Source: Epiperipatus broadwayi (Eukaryota > Animalia > Onychophora). Taken from it: 64,000 nt of DNA. The stretch is from the NCBI GenBank assembly GCA_028023455.1, contig JAQFVV010000001.1:2232001-2296000 (forward strand). The letters are read 5' to 3'. A model generated the notes under the pieces. It saw only the letters and a list, made by a program, of their open reading frames with translations, was not told the origin of the DNA and did no database searches. Made by a program: the position numbers and the translations under genes. This document shows, piece by piece, positions 26,731 through 39,323 of this stretch (its first letter is position 1; each line of letters opens with the position of its first letter).

Positions 26731-28676
26731 TATTTTTTTTATACAGCATATAAGTACATATGTACAGTATATATAGTAAAGTATTTGCAATACGTATATA
26801 CAGTGCATAAGAAGGAAAATAAAATAAATAATGCCTGAACATTTAGATATATATGCAGTAATTTCAAACAAAGTAAACGTATATTTAACAAAATTTAATA
26901 TCTATCAAAAGTATTTCCTTTCATTTTATAATATGCATGATTTACCAAAAAAACATAAAAGCAAAGAAAAAAATGAGATTTGAAATCTATGATATTAAGA
27001 AAATGACAATAAATAAATGAAAATAATTAAGAAATAATTTGAAGAATTCTAATTTCTGTTTGGTAAGAAATTAAAAGATGTCGTCTATCTTTAAAAATAG
27101 AACAAATAAAAAAAAACGTAAAATGACTCCTTATAATAAACTATTTTCTCTCTAAAGAAATTTTTTCCTAATAAATATATCATAAATTATAATTGCATTT
27201 TCTGTTAAAAACTTCCTCTCTAATAATCATATTCTATGATATCCATCAAATAAACACTGGTTGTGAAGATATTAATCATTATGGAAACTAGAAATTAGAT
27301 TGGAACCTAATTGGTTTATTATATGCTCTAGTTCAAGACTCTTATTCACTCAAACTATCTTTCTAACTGCTACTGAATTTTAACAACTGTCTTTGGAAGG
27401 TTTTTTAAAGATTCCTACCGTTTTTACTAAAGTAACATAAATGACATTTCACAGTATTCCGTTTATCTAATAACCATATGATTCAGTATCTTACAATGAT
27501 CTACATATTTCAATAATCATTATACATAAATCACTTTTATTGTAAATAAAATTTCAAATCTTGGAAGATTTATGATTTTATGTAAAACATTCTCAGTGCT
27601 GTTAAGTAAAAGTAAATATAATATAATAGTCAATTGATAAGTTACAGATTTTTTTATCATTTTCCCGCTGAGGAATAAATAGAAAGGGGGAAATCTTCTC
27701 AGTTTGATTAACTGAGTGAAACTGTGTTGCAGATTTGCTCACTTTGGTGCTTCAATGTTATTTGATTTTTTGGGATATTGATATTATGATTATTTTATTA
27801 ATATAAGTATTGATAATGTTTTAGGCATTAATAATACATTATTATTTATAAAAGCATGAGAGAATTCCGAAAATAATTTATTTCTATTAGTCAAATCTTT
27901 ACATTTGTTTTTATTTCAAAATGTCTATGATATGATGTGAATATTATTATTTGTTTGTTTGTTTATAATAAAAATTTCTTTATGTGGTCAACATAGTAAT
28001 AGAATAGCCACTCAAAACTAAAAGTTTTCAAATCGATTTTCAACTGAGCTAAGTCAAAATTACTCCCCTCCTCAAAAAAATACGTGCTCAAATGTCTTAT
28101 CGTACCTTAAGCAAAATTCTATACAATTATTTTTTTATATAATAAAAGTATATTTAAAATGAATATTAATATTTACAAACTTATAAATTCAGCATAAGAA
28201 AATGCAGAAATGGAGACAGTAAATTTATATTACAACAAAAATAATTACATAAGTAATAAAATTATGGGTAAAGCTTTTTATTGGTTCATCGAAATGTCAC
28301 TCTAAAATAACGAATTTCAACGCACTGATACACACTAACCCAAATTTAATTATTAAAAATAAATAAATCATAATTTATATTCAAGCAGTGTTTCATATTT
28401 AAACATCTATAAAAATAAAAAAAGACATCCAATAAAGTAAAAAAAATAACAACTTTTTATAAATACTCATTAATAGCAAAAACTTATCCGCTTGCAGTTT
28501 GTCTTTTCAAATAGTTTGATAATGTAATATCTTTTTTTTTTAAATCAAAAATCTTTTATTCAAAAATGAACTTTGTCATTGTTTAATTTAATGAATCATT
28601 TCAATCAGTTTTAATATTTAAAATAATAATTGATTAGGGTCTTACCATAATCAGAAGATAACTATGCTTTATTTTT

Positions 28677-28868
28677 TTACTTCATTGACCTTTTTTTTAA
28701 ACAATTGATCATCAACTTAGAATATTGTTCAAAATTACATTTTCCAGCGAAGCAACGTTTGTGATATAAAATTTGGGACAAAAATTTCCAGCACATAATG
28801 TAATTTGTATCTTTGTTAGGAATTACTGTATGCTCCCACACTATATTACTAATTAAGACAGGTATCAT
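28677..28868 (-). pseudogene. Possible Mutator-like (MULE) transposase C-terminal remnant
   Basis: WEH...PNKDTNYIMCW...LKK loosely resembles WN.Y...PRTNN..E.W...LKKEQ. Confidence 0.25.
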
Positions 28869-29654
28869 TGCATGAACTTTTTTAGAAGTTCAATAATTAA
28901 CTGGACAAAATCTGAAAACTATGGATATTAAAGCTTGAGGTTGGAGTAGAGCAGTAAGTCTTAAAGAGATATCAATTTATTAACGAGTTACAATACCAGG
29001 TACTTAAAAAAAAACGTGTTTTTATTTGCTTCAAACAAAGTACATTATCAGTTTAGAAGATCATGTTGCTCAAATTATGAATTATATTAAATTATTAAAC
29101 ATATTTAAAGTACGAAAATAGATTGTCATATATATATTAAAATGTATTTTTTTTTTGTATAAAGTTTATTATACGGGAAAGAAAATATACAGATCTTTTT
29201 ATGTATACTGAAACAAAGTTTAAAAAGATATTTATTAAAGTCCAAAATAATGGATATGTGTCATCAATTTATATAAATTTATATTGTTTAGCATAATACT
29301 AAAGTGATTAACTTGAATTTCAAATTTCTGGATTGTTTTTTATTTAAAGAAAAAAAGTTTAGTCAGTTCAATGCAATTATTACCATCAATTTGCTATTTG
29401 GATAGTTGAATATTACATGATCTCTCTTAATATCTTCTGACCCTAAAATTATTATATTCATACAAATTTTTCAAAGATATTTGTTTTATTTTGTTTTTAG
29501 AATACTACACAAATAAATCATTTAATTATCATAAATATATTTAAAAGCAATATAAAACACAGTCCTCATCATTATTTCAAAAGATAGATTTATAAATTGA
29601 TTTATGAGATGGACTATGATTGTCACTTCAGCTTTAAAAGTTAAAAACATTCAG

Positions 29655-29705
29655 GAAATTTTCAAGAATCAAAAAATGTTACAATTATTAAGTTTAATAC
29701 CGAAG
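29655..29705 (+). CDS. Candidate exon (G-NFQESKNVTIIKFNTE)
   Basis: Strong AAG|GTATGT donor but weak acceptor. The phase-1 start is compatible with exon 23552-23651. Confidence 0.3.
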
Positions 29706-30946
29706 GTATGTATACAAGATTATTCAATTGTAAGAAAAAAAATCAGCATTATAGGTCAGTAATTAAGAAAAAGAATACTGTTATATTAGAGCTATATGTA
29801 AAGGCCTAATGACAACATTATACCAAGAAATATTACCAGTGAGGTGGCTAATATTTAAGGTTTTTCTGGTATTTTTTCCACCATATGTAATTAATTACTA
29901 AAAAAAAATGATTTCTTTCTGTAACAATGAATTAAGAAATGATCATAACAGAAAAACCTAACAAAAAACTGTGTAGCCTTTATATCTTTTTTGTTGTCTA
30001 TAGCAGAAACTACTGATAACACATGATTTAGTAGAATGAGGAGTAGAGTATTTGATAATTTTCAAGACATATAATGGGTGTTTTATCTAAAGTGAGATAG
30101 TTAATAAAATTTACCTTTCAGAAAAGTGTCATAGTAAAAGTTGAAAAATATGCTCATACTTTTATTATTCAGTTTTAGCTCATCAATCAGTTTTACTAAT
30201 GACATTAAACTCTAAGGCAATCTTTGTGTAATTTTTTTCTGCAATTGGACATATATTCATGCTGACATCTTGAAAATGATAGACTGATGGATTCAAGAGT
30301 TAAAAGCTCCAAGATTGAAGTTCAACTTACCAATTCACCATATGGTGTTTGAATGCCAGTTTGACCTTTTAAATAACATCAAGTTTTTTTTTTTAATGCA
30401 GAACTCTTAGCAAGCTTGCAATAGGATTTAGAGGTTTAGATTATTAAAGAAAATTTTGTTTTTTATGTTCAACTACCACTTTTTTCATTATTAAAATTAT
30501 TTTCTTTTAACATTTTGACTAGTGGAATATTATAATTTATATCGCATGTTTTATGATGCAGTTCTGAGTTGAATTAATATCAAGTAAGTTTTCTTTCAAA
30601 ATAGCTCCAAATTCTCATGATCATATTTTAATTTTGCTTTGATTCATCTATAGTATGCTTGTTGATAAGATGAGGAATAAAGATAGTATTTTATTAAATT
30701 GCTGATAAGTTTTACAATTGTAAATATATATGAAGTAAAGGTGAAATTGGACACAATATTTATTTATGTTGCAACTAATTGGATTGATTTATGCTATAAC
30801 AATCTATCAGAAAAAAATATTAGAATTAATAATTTTTATTAGTCATTTATTAGATGGGAGATTATCCAATAATTAATATTTCTGTAATGTAATTTTTATT
30901 ACACCCCTCTCACACAAGGTAGAGACTAGTTTCTATCTGCTTTTAA

Positions 30947-31300
30947 GACTTGGGGAAACCAAAATGTATGGGTGCTGAATTGAGTTCAGACCCATATGAC
31001 TATATAAGCTATTGAGCTTAGATTGAAAATATCATTGTGTTTTCAATTTTATTCTCATAGTTTTGTAGTAAAGCAGAGTTAAAAGGTGGCTGCTGGAGGG
31101 TTGCATTAGATCCTAAGATCTAGGTGCAGTGTTCTCAGATCCAAGGCTCCTCACTGATGATGGCCACAAGCCAGAAACTAGTCTGGGGATATTGGATGAG
31201 TAGGCACTAGATAGGGATTTTATGCACAAGCCTTCTGGCATCCATTGATTGCTCTGTTTGGCACAGGGTGGCACTACTGTATGGAGAGTTTTGCCTTTGT
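30947..31300 (+). mobile_element. Solo copy of the family-1 HHR repeat
   Basis: Colinear with 5960-6300. Confidence 0.85.
31148..31189 (+). ncRNA. Minimal type-I hammerhead ribozyme, family 1 (best-preserved copy)
   Basis: UCCUCA-CUGAUGA-UGGC cacaa GCCA-GAAAC UA GUC-UGGGGA. Full 4-bp stem II, intact core and ACUAGU palindrome. Confidence 0.9.
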
Positions 31301-33220
31301 TTTTTTTAAAAAAGACTTCCAGATTTTTTATATCTTTATTGAGAGACTTCTATTTCTGGAAAGGTTTTCTTTTGTAAAGCTGACACAGTGCCATAGCAAA
31401 TATAAATTTTATGTATTTCATATCTAGAAAATCACTAATGAATATATTCTGTAAAATTTTATAACTACTATGATTATCATTTAATGCTATATAAATTTTC
31501 CTATCAGTAAATCACTGGTATTCTTGCATTTAAGAATTTAAAAACATTTTGAAAGATCAATTTCCAAACAGAATTATAAGCTGAGATTAGATCAGTAAAG
31601 ATAATATTCATTTTTAATTTGTTCAAAGCAGCTTTCTTCTGGGATAAACCCAGCATGCTCTATAGGTAGATGGCTCTCATCTATTGGAAAAATTCTTGTA
31701 ATATGATTTTTTAAAATATCTTATAGAGAGTATATAATGAAATTAGCAATATTTTTTGATGGTTTAAAATTATTATAATTTTGATTTTATGCTATATTTT
31801 TAGAATAGTTTCTATATTAAAAAGTTTTGCCAACTTTGCTTTTGCTTTACATCTTAATTTTTTTTAGAAATTCTGGATGCATGCTATTTATTTTTATGGC
31901 CGTATTTAAGAAATTAAGAACAAGTTCAAATTTATCAATATCTATTTATTTTATTAGATAGATATTAGAAGAACATTGTGAAAGGAAAGTAGTACTGTTT
32001 TAATGATGCTTTTTATCATTTTATTAATTGTGGGTTTAGAAGACTGAAAAATAAGACTGGAAATCTTATCAGTAATGGCAGTAATAGTTCCATTATGGTG
32101 ATTTTATAAAATCTTATTTTTCTAGCATCATCCAATGATTAATACACTTATCAGTAATTTCTGGGTTTTTGTTAGACAAATAGTGGTTATAAAAAATCCT
32201 TATCATTTTGTTTGAATCTAGAATAAATTGTTTTCAGTATTCTTGAGAGAAAACTTTTTGGCTGCTGTCATTATGAGTTTGTTAAATCTATCATAGCTCG
32301 AGGGATTTTGTTCAAAATAACCAATATATTTACTACAATCAGTTTTCTTTAAATTCCATCTTAGAACATGATAACTTTTAGTTATAGAAATGTAAATACT
32401 AAGAGTGATCAGATTGGTTTAAGTTGCTTATGTTGGAAATAATCTAGTTTTAATAGATCATCAGATAATTGAGAACTATGTTTTTTTAAAACAAAATATA
32501 AATCTGAAATTGTTTCTGCTCTCCATCTATTTAATAGAATGTTCCTCTGCCATGTTTGGCATTATAAAGTAGATGCATAAAGTATAAGTCCATTCATTCT
32601 AAAAATTGACAACCTACTTGATACTCATTTTCAGATTCCCATAGGCAACAATAAGAATTGAAACCTCCTATATGTACAGAAATTATAGAAAGATCTAGAA
32701 GAGGAGGTTGGGTCAATTTGTATTGAGAGGTTTCAAAATATTATATACATAAAAATCTATTCAAATTGTGATTGAAATATTGTTTAAATTATCTTCAATA
32801 GAAGTTGTTTGCTTTACAAGATCATTTGAAACAAAAATTATTCATACCATGTTTGGAGTGCAAGAATCAATGTAAATCCAATAATTTTAAAAAGATGTAC
32901 ATTATTAAAAAATAATGATTTATTGACATTGTGCTGAACAATTTCTTTATGGAAGATCTCCATTTTTGATTTTGATATGTTTTCAATGTGAGTTTAATTA
33001 ATTTTATTATATATAGTACTTTGAAAAAACCATACCTGGCATTTGAGATTTTTATGATTGTCAGTACAGTTTAGTTATTTTTCATTTTAACAGGCTAGGA
33101 GTCTCATTTCTGTAGCTCTGTCATTCTTATTATTCATAATATTTGTGGAGTTCATATTAATAATTTTATTGTTTTTTATAATTAGTTGTTATCATATGGA
33201 AACAATTTGTTTAGATACTA

Positions 33221-34438
33221 GTGCATAACTTGTAGGGTGGGCTGTGGGAAGGTTGACTTTTGAGATGCTCATGCTGTCCTATTTGTATCTAAAGTAAGTA
33301 AATGGTTTCTGTTTAAAACAATTTTTTCTCCCACAAAAACCACATTTTTTTTGCCTGACTACAGCTTCGATCTGTGGACTATAATTGCAGTTTGTATGAT
33401 AAAAATCACCATAATTGACATCTACTTTATATTGGGTGGAACTAAGATAAACAGTAATGCACTTAGAATGTTAACTGGCATATCAGTGTTCATGTTCAAT
33501 GTGCCAATGTTGATAATGTAGAAGGTAATCCTTTTTATTGAAAATGAGAAACAAAACTCTACAAAATTTGAAAGTGTTTATAGACAGAAATCAACGGCCA
33601 TTATGCAAAACCTTAATGGTATAAATATTAGAGAGATTGATCAAAATATTTCATTGCCTATAAAATAAAAGTTAAAGAAATTAAATACTACTTTTAATTA
33701 TGTCTGAGATCAGTAACTCAGAAAATGTATATATATATATTTGGAATAGTACACACGTGTATATATATATATATATATGCATACAATAGCTTTATTATAT
33801 TTGTATTTTGATGTATTTCTGAATAATGTAGCTTATTAATAGAGTTTATAGTGCAACTTGAAATTCTGTGAATTTTGTTAAGTAGGTGATATGCAATATT
33901 ATATTTTTATTAACGATAATATACACTTCAACAATATATACAATATAAGTATTAAAACTTTAAACCATTTTTAATACTTATTTTTTTTGAAATTTTTTTT
34001 TTTTTTACATAATATTAATACTTTTTTTATTATATATATTGAAATGTAGGCACAGTTAATTCACTAAACGTTTGACAGATAATGACTGAAACTGCCTTAA
34101 GCTAAATGCTAGAATAAATTACTTTTTAGTTCACTTTTAAAATTGATAAAACTTATATGAATAAAATTTATATTAAAATCCTTTTTATGTATTTAATTGT
34201 TGAATTTTATCAATGAGTCAAACCATAAGCACGATTAAATTCAAGATTTTATAGTAATAATGTAATTATTAATCAGTAAGAAATAACACCTGGAGATATT
34301 CAGCACACTGTGTGTGTATATATATATATTGAAATAATAGATTAGATTATAGATGAACCAGAGGAAATAGACCAAAAAATGAATGGATCAAAGCAATTGG
34401 AAGAAAATACAGAAATTGAACAAAAGTTTGGATATTAA
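33221..34438 (+). pseudogene. Spliced-looking Cys/His-rich (zinc-finger-like) remnant with in-frame stops
   Basis: Donors GTAAGT (33294) and GTAATC (33525); polypyrimidine CAG acceptor at 33364. One frame reads CITCRVGCGKVDF*DAHA...YNCSL...VHVQCANVDNVE/DEPEEIDQK. Confidence 0.3.
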
Positions 34439-36159
34439 TATTTAATTCATAAATGTGATATTCTATTCGGAATTAAACTTGTTTTTTTTATATGAAAGAT
34501 TTGCATATTGATAATGAAGAATATTTATTTACCTATGAAATTACCATACTTACTTTATCCCAATTTCTTTGACTTCGTCAAATATTATTATTTAACAATG
34601 AAGGATGTTGGAAACAGTCGCGTGACATTTAAACTTTAACTTTGTAAAAATCATTAAATTATTAATACTTGATATTTCCGTGCCTGATATTGATAACAAT
34701 TGCCAAATGCATATTTATAGGTTTTGATGGTCTAAATTAAGAGGGGTGAAGATTTACTGACCATTATTAATAGATATCCATAATAACTGGGAGAAGGGAT
34801 AAATGCACTATTGGAAAAGCAGCCAATAATGATATTAATATATAAATATATTGACATTATAATTTTGATATTATATAGTATTTAAATGCCACCAACATAA
34901 ATACACTTAACTATTTGAAAAGTTCATTGATATTATCTTTTATTTAATCATTTAACTTCATTTTTTTACGTATGCCTTTTAATTTTTATAAACTGCAAAA
35001 ATATAATTATCATATTATGTTTTTCTATTTACAAAAATCATAAACTATTGTAAAAACAATCCACTGTATCCTTTTTTCTAATTAATGAAATAATAACTTT
35101 ATTTACAAAATTTATATTTCAGCCAAAACTTTGTTAGGTATTCTCAAAATTAATTACAAAAAGAAATTACAAAGAAAAAATTGAAAATGAAGATGACTTA
35201 ACAAAATCCAAAAATATTATATTTAATCATTAACGCATTTAAATACATTTATTAATGAATATATCTATATAAAATAAAATATTTAAATTAATTTATAATT
35301 GGTATAAACATATACGTACTTATAAAGGATATATACTTACATAATTATTTGTTTTTCTATCACCACTGTTTTCTTCCAATATATCTCTCAAAAGTTCTCT
35401 ACCTCTAAACCTAATTCAGTTTGTCTTTTTTTATTTTCTCAACAAATGATCATTTTTTCATTCACATTTATAGACTATTCTTTCAACTTATCTTATATTC
35501 TCCAAAATCATATCTCTAAAGCTTTTTATTTTTTTTCTTCATTGTCTTTATTTTATACAGAGCTGCATTTAATAATGCTTTGGATTCAATTTTATGGAAC
35601 AAATTATTATTATTATTATTTATTAAAATAACATTGTTTAGCCATGATAATGAATGTATTTACTAAAATTCTCAATGTGGTTTAGCACAATGATAAAACA
35701 TCAAACTCAAGAACTAAAAATTATTGAATCAAAGCTTTAATGTATGAATTTTTGATGCTGCAACATCACATAACTTCCCAAGTGGTTTAGCCATTTGATT
35801 ATTCATGTGTAATAAAATTATACAACATAATTTATGAAAATAATTAGTAACATGAATTTATTTATCTAGATCAGTGTTTCTCAAGTGCTAATCTGCAGAA
35901 AAATTTACAGGTCCCTGAAAATATTCTTAATTTAATAATTACAAAATAAATTTCAAAACTAATTTTCAATAAAAATAAATCTACTTTACTGTACTTCTGC
36001 TCTCATGCACTTTCAGCCATATCATATAATTTGTGCCATTAGACAGACTTCACAAAATCATACATTTTTAAATAAATAGTTTTAAACTTTTGTTTCTTTT
36101 TTAATGCTATAAAAATGCAAAAATAAAAAATAAATAAAATTCTGTGGTATATTTATTAG

Positions 36160-36870
36160 GGTATTTACTGATAATCCCGGAACCCAAAGTTGACAGCCAT
36201 GTTTTTTTTTTAAAATTATATATTTTCAGGGGATAGTTATCCTGTAAACATAATGAATATGTTTTATTTGTTAATATTAAAAAATATCAATAAATCGATT
36301 ATAAATTCCTGTTAACTTTAAAAAATAGCAATAAATAAATTTATTATAATCACAAGATGCTTGTTTTTATATATCGTAACACATATAAATGCTAACAGGT
36401 TCATAACTTTGTCTTTTTGAATTCAGAATAAGATTTGATTTCCAGTATGTTTGCTTTGTTTTTTGAGATCATATTCTCCAAAATATAATGTCACATGCAC
36501 AAACAAGAAGATATATTTGTGGCAATTTTGCAGGTCATTTGGGATTTCAAGCTGCCAACATGAATAACTTATTTTCATCACTTTTTATTCTTAAAAAAAA
36601 AAAAAAAATCCCTGTAAAAATTATATTTATTACAGTTTGAATTATTAAATTTATTTTATTTAAAATTTATTGTTGTACTTTTGTGTTATTTTTGTGAATA
36701 GAATTTATTTATTGATATTTTTTAAAGTTAATAATTTATAATCGATTTATTGATATTTTTTAATATTAACAAAACATATTCATTAGGGTTACAGGATAAC
36801 TATGCCCTGAAAATATATAATTAAAAAACATGGTTTCCAGCCTTGAGTTCCGAGATTATTCATAAGTACC
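36160..36870. mobile_element. MITE/fold-back element nested in the hAT 5' region
   Basis: ~180-bp imperfect inverted arms (36160-36345 vs ~36700-36870) with GGTA/TACC ends. Flanks TTTATTAG and AATATTAG may be a decayed TSD. Confidence 0.75.
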
Positions 36871-37497
36871 AATATTAGTTATTCATTATAGTAAGATTAA
36901 AATATAATAAACACAACGCGAACCATAATTTAAAGTGAATGATCTATCTTCACGCTTTATTTGCCAGTACTTAAGATTTGCCCATATATAAACATTTGGG
37001 TTCGGAAAGAATAAGTGGATTCATTTTATTCTTTCTTAAATGCTATATCTTGTATGGGCACTGAAAAGTATTCATTTATTATTTAACACTCATTAAAGCG
37101 CATGTACAGTAGCTGTAAAAGGCTGATATTTAGTGAATTTAAATATTATTTTTTAAAAAAAATTTTTTTTAATAATTTGTAATGATAAAAAAAACAAAAC
37201 TGGAATATTTAGTAAATTCTTTAAATGAATTAATGTGTTTTATTAAGTAAATGAAAAAAAGTTTCTTTTATTGTATTAGAAAGTTACACTAAATACAAAA
37301 TAATCCCACCTTAAAATCATATCACTGTTAGAACAAAGCTGAAGTAGCATTATAAACTAACTGTTGGAAAATTTTGCATGCACTTTTAAATTCATTATAA
37401 AATTATATATTCAACAAGAATTTGATAAATCTAAAGATTATAAAAAATATATTATTGTAAATTTGAAATATAATAAATATTTTTAGCCTTTAACAAA

Positions 37498-39323
37498 ATG
37501 ACCTCAAAGGGGCAAGGTACATGAAACTGAAATTGGAAGACTACCAGAGGAAAAAAAAATTCACTAGATGATACAATGATGAATATCTGTGTTATGGATT
37601 TATTCTTTTGTCTAAACCTCCAGAACAAGATGTACACATGATGTGGATGATCTGTCATGATGCTCAATCTAATCATATAATGAAACTATGAAAAATGTTA
37701 TGATATTTGAAGTCAAAACATTCAGAACTAGCAAAAAAATCCTTGAAATATTTTGAACATAAAAAGTAAAACTTTTCTTTACAGGAAAAAACAGTTAAAC
37801 AAAATTTTATTCAAAATAAATCTCCATTTAATGCTCCTATTTAGTAGCATTTTGAATTTTTAAAACCAAAAAATATTTATTTCGTGAAAACTTTGATAAA
37901 ACCAATTTTATTAGCTATTTGTTCAGAAATGTTTGGATCATTGGTTGCTGGTAAAATCAGATTGATATTTCTTTCAAATGATATTATTAGAAAGCTAGTT
38001 GCTATGTTAATCAGAAAACATAGAATACAAGCTAACAAACAAGATTAAGGAATCAAAATATTGGCAATTTAAGTAGATGAATCATCTGATAATTCCAAAA
38101 AAAGTTATATTAATCTGCTATGTTAGATACATTGACTATTTCTGAAGACATCAAAAAAGAATTTCTGTATTGTGTAGAACTAGTTTCATATACAACAAGT
38201 ACTGAAATTGTTATTTATGCATTAAATTCTTACATTAACACACATGATTTAGATTGGAAAAATTATATAGGTTTATGTACTGATAGCAGTTAGTATGGTA
38301 TGCAAGCTTTGTAGTGTTACTAAAAAAATTTAAAAAGTAATGATCTCTGATTTATTAACTACACATTGCATAATACGTTGGGAGTATTTTGTAGCTAAAA
38401 ATTCAGGGGTAAATGAAGTCTTAGCTCAATCTATAAAATTGTAAATCTTGTAAAAAAAAAAGAGCAAACATCTAAATTCCAGGCTATTCACACTACTTTG
38501 GCCAAAAGTCAGATCAAAACACAAGGAACTATTAGTACTGAAGTCAGATGGCTCTCTGAGATAAAATTCTAAGCAGGCTATTTGAATTAAGACAGAAGTA
38601 GAAATATTGTTTGGAAAAAAATCTTCATTTGTAAATTATTTTCATCATATCGGATTGGTTGCAAAACTAGTTTACTTAAGTGATATACTTTCTACATTAA
38701 TGATTTAAGTTTACAGGGAAGTGAGAAGATTGTATTTTATTTATATAATAAAATTGATGAATTTAAAAAGAAAATTTAATTTTGGTTGGATAGAATAAAA
38801 GAAAGCAATTGCAACATGTGTGTTACTTATTATGATTATGTTAATGAGCACCAAGATGTGAACAAATTAGAAGTTAAATAAAATTATCTGTCATTATATA
38901 TAATCATTGTATGATAGTTTTGAAAAATATTTTACATCCATAATGAATTTGTTGTGAGATGAGTTTATGAATTACAAATTCTTTCAGAAATCTTAGAAAC
39001 AACCCCACAAATTTAAATAATCAAGAATATGAATGTCTCTGGGCAATGAATTCAGATTTGACATTAAAATCAAACTTTGCCACAATGAATTTAAATAAAT
39101 TTGGGATTTAAATGAAAAATGAGTACCCAAGTCTGCATGAAAAAGCAATGAAAATGCTCACCTCCTTTGTGGCACGTACAAAAGGGAATTTTTGACAAAA
39201 TGTATTATAAAAACAAACTCAGAAAATGTCCTTTTCACTGGTTCATTTCTTCACTTCACTTTAACCATATTGACATCAAATCTTGAATTATTAATTGAAA
39301 GTGAACAACAACAATCGCATTAA
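37498..39323 (+). pseudogene. hAT (Buster-type) transposase pseudogene with BED finger
   Basis: YNDEYLCYGF, ICHDAQSNHIMK, VDESSD, CYVRY, KEFLYC, LDWKNYIGLCTD, THCII, TEVRWLS, KLVYLSDI, EYPSLHEKAMKML and terminal QQQSH*. Many stops and frameshifts. Confidence 0.92.

Noticed and set aside
27666-27730. CTGAGGA plus hairpin CTCAG...CTGAG before GAAAC
   Set aside because: The core halves are not joined by the helix and there is no stem I.
33261-33263. In-frame TGA read as selenocysteine
   Set aside because: There is no CxxU/UxxC context, further TAA/TAG stops follow, and no SECIS was recognised.
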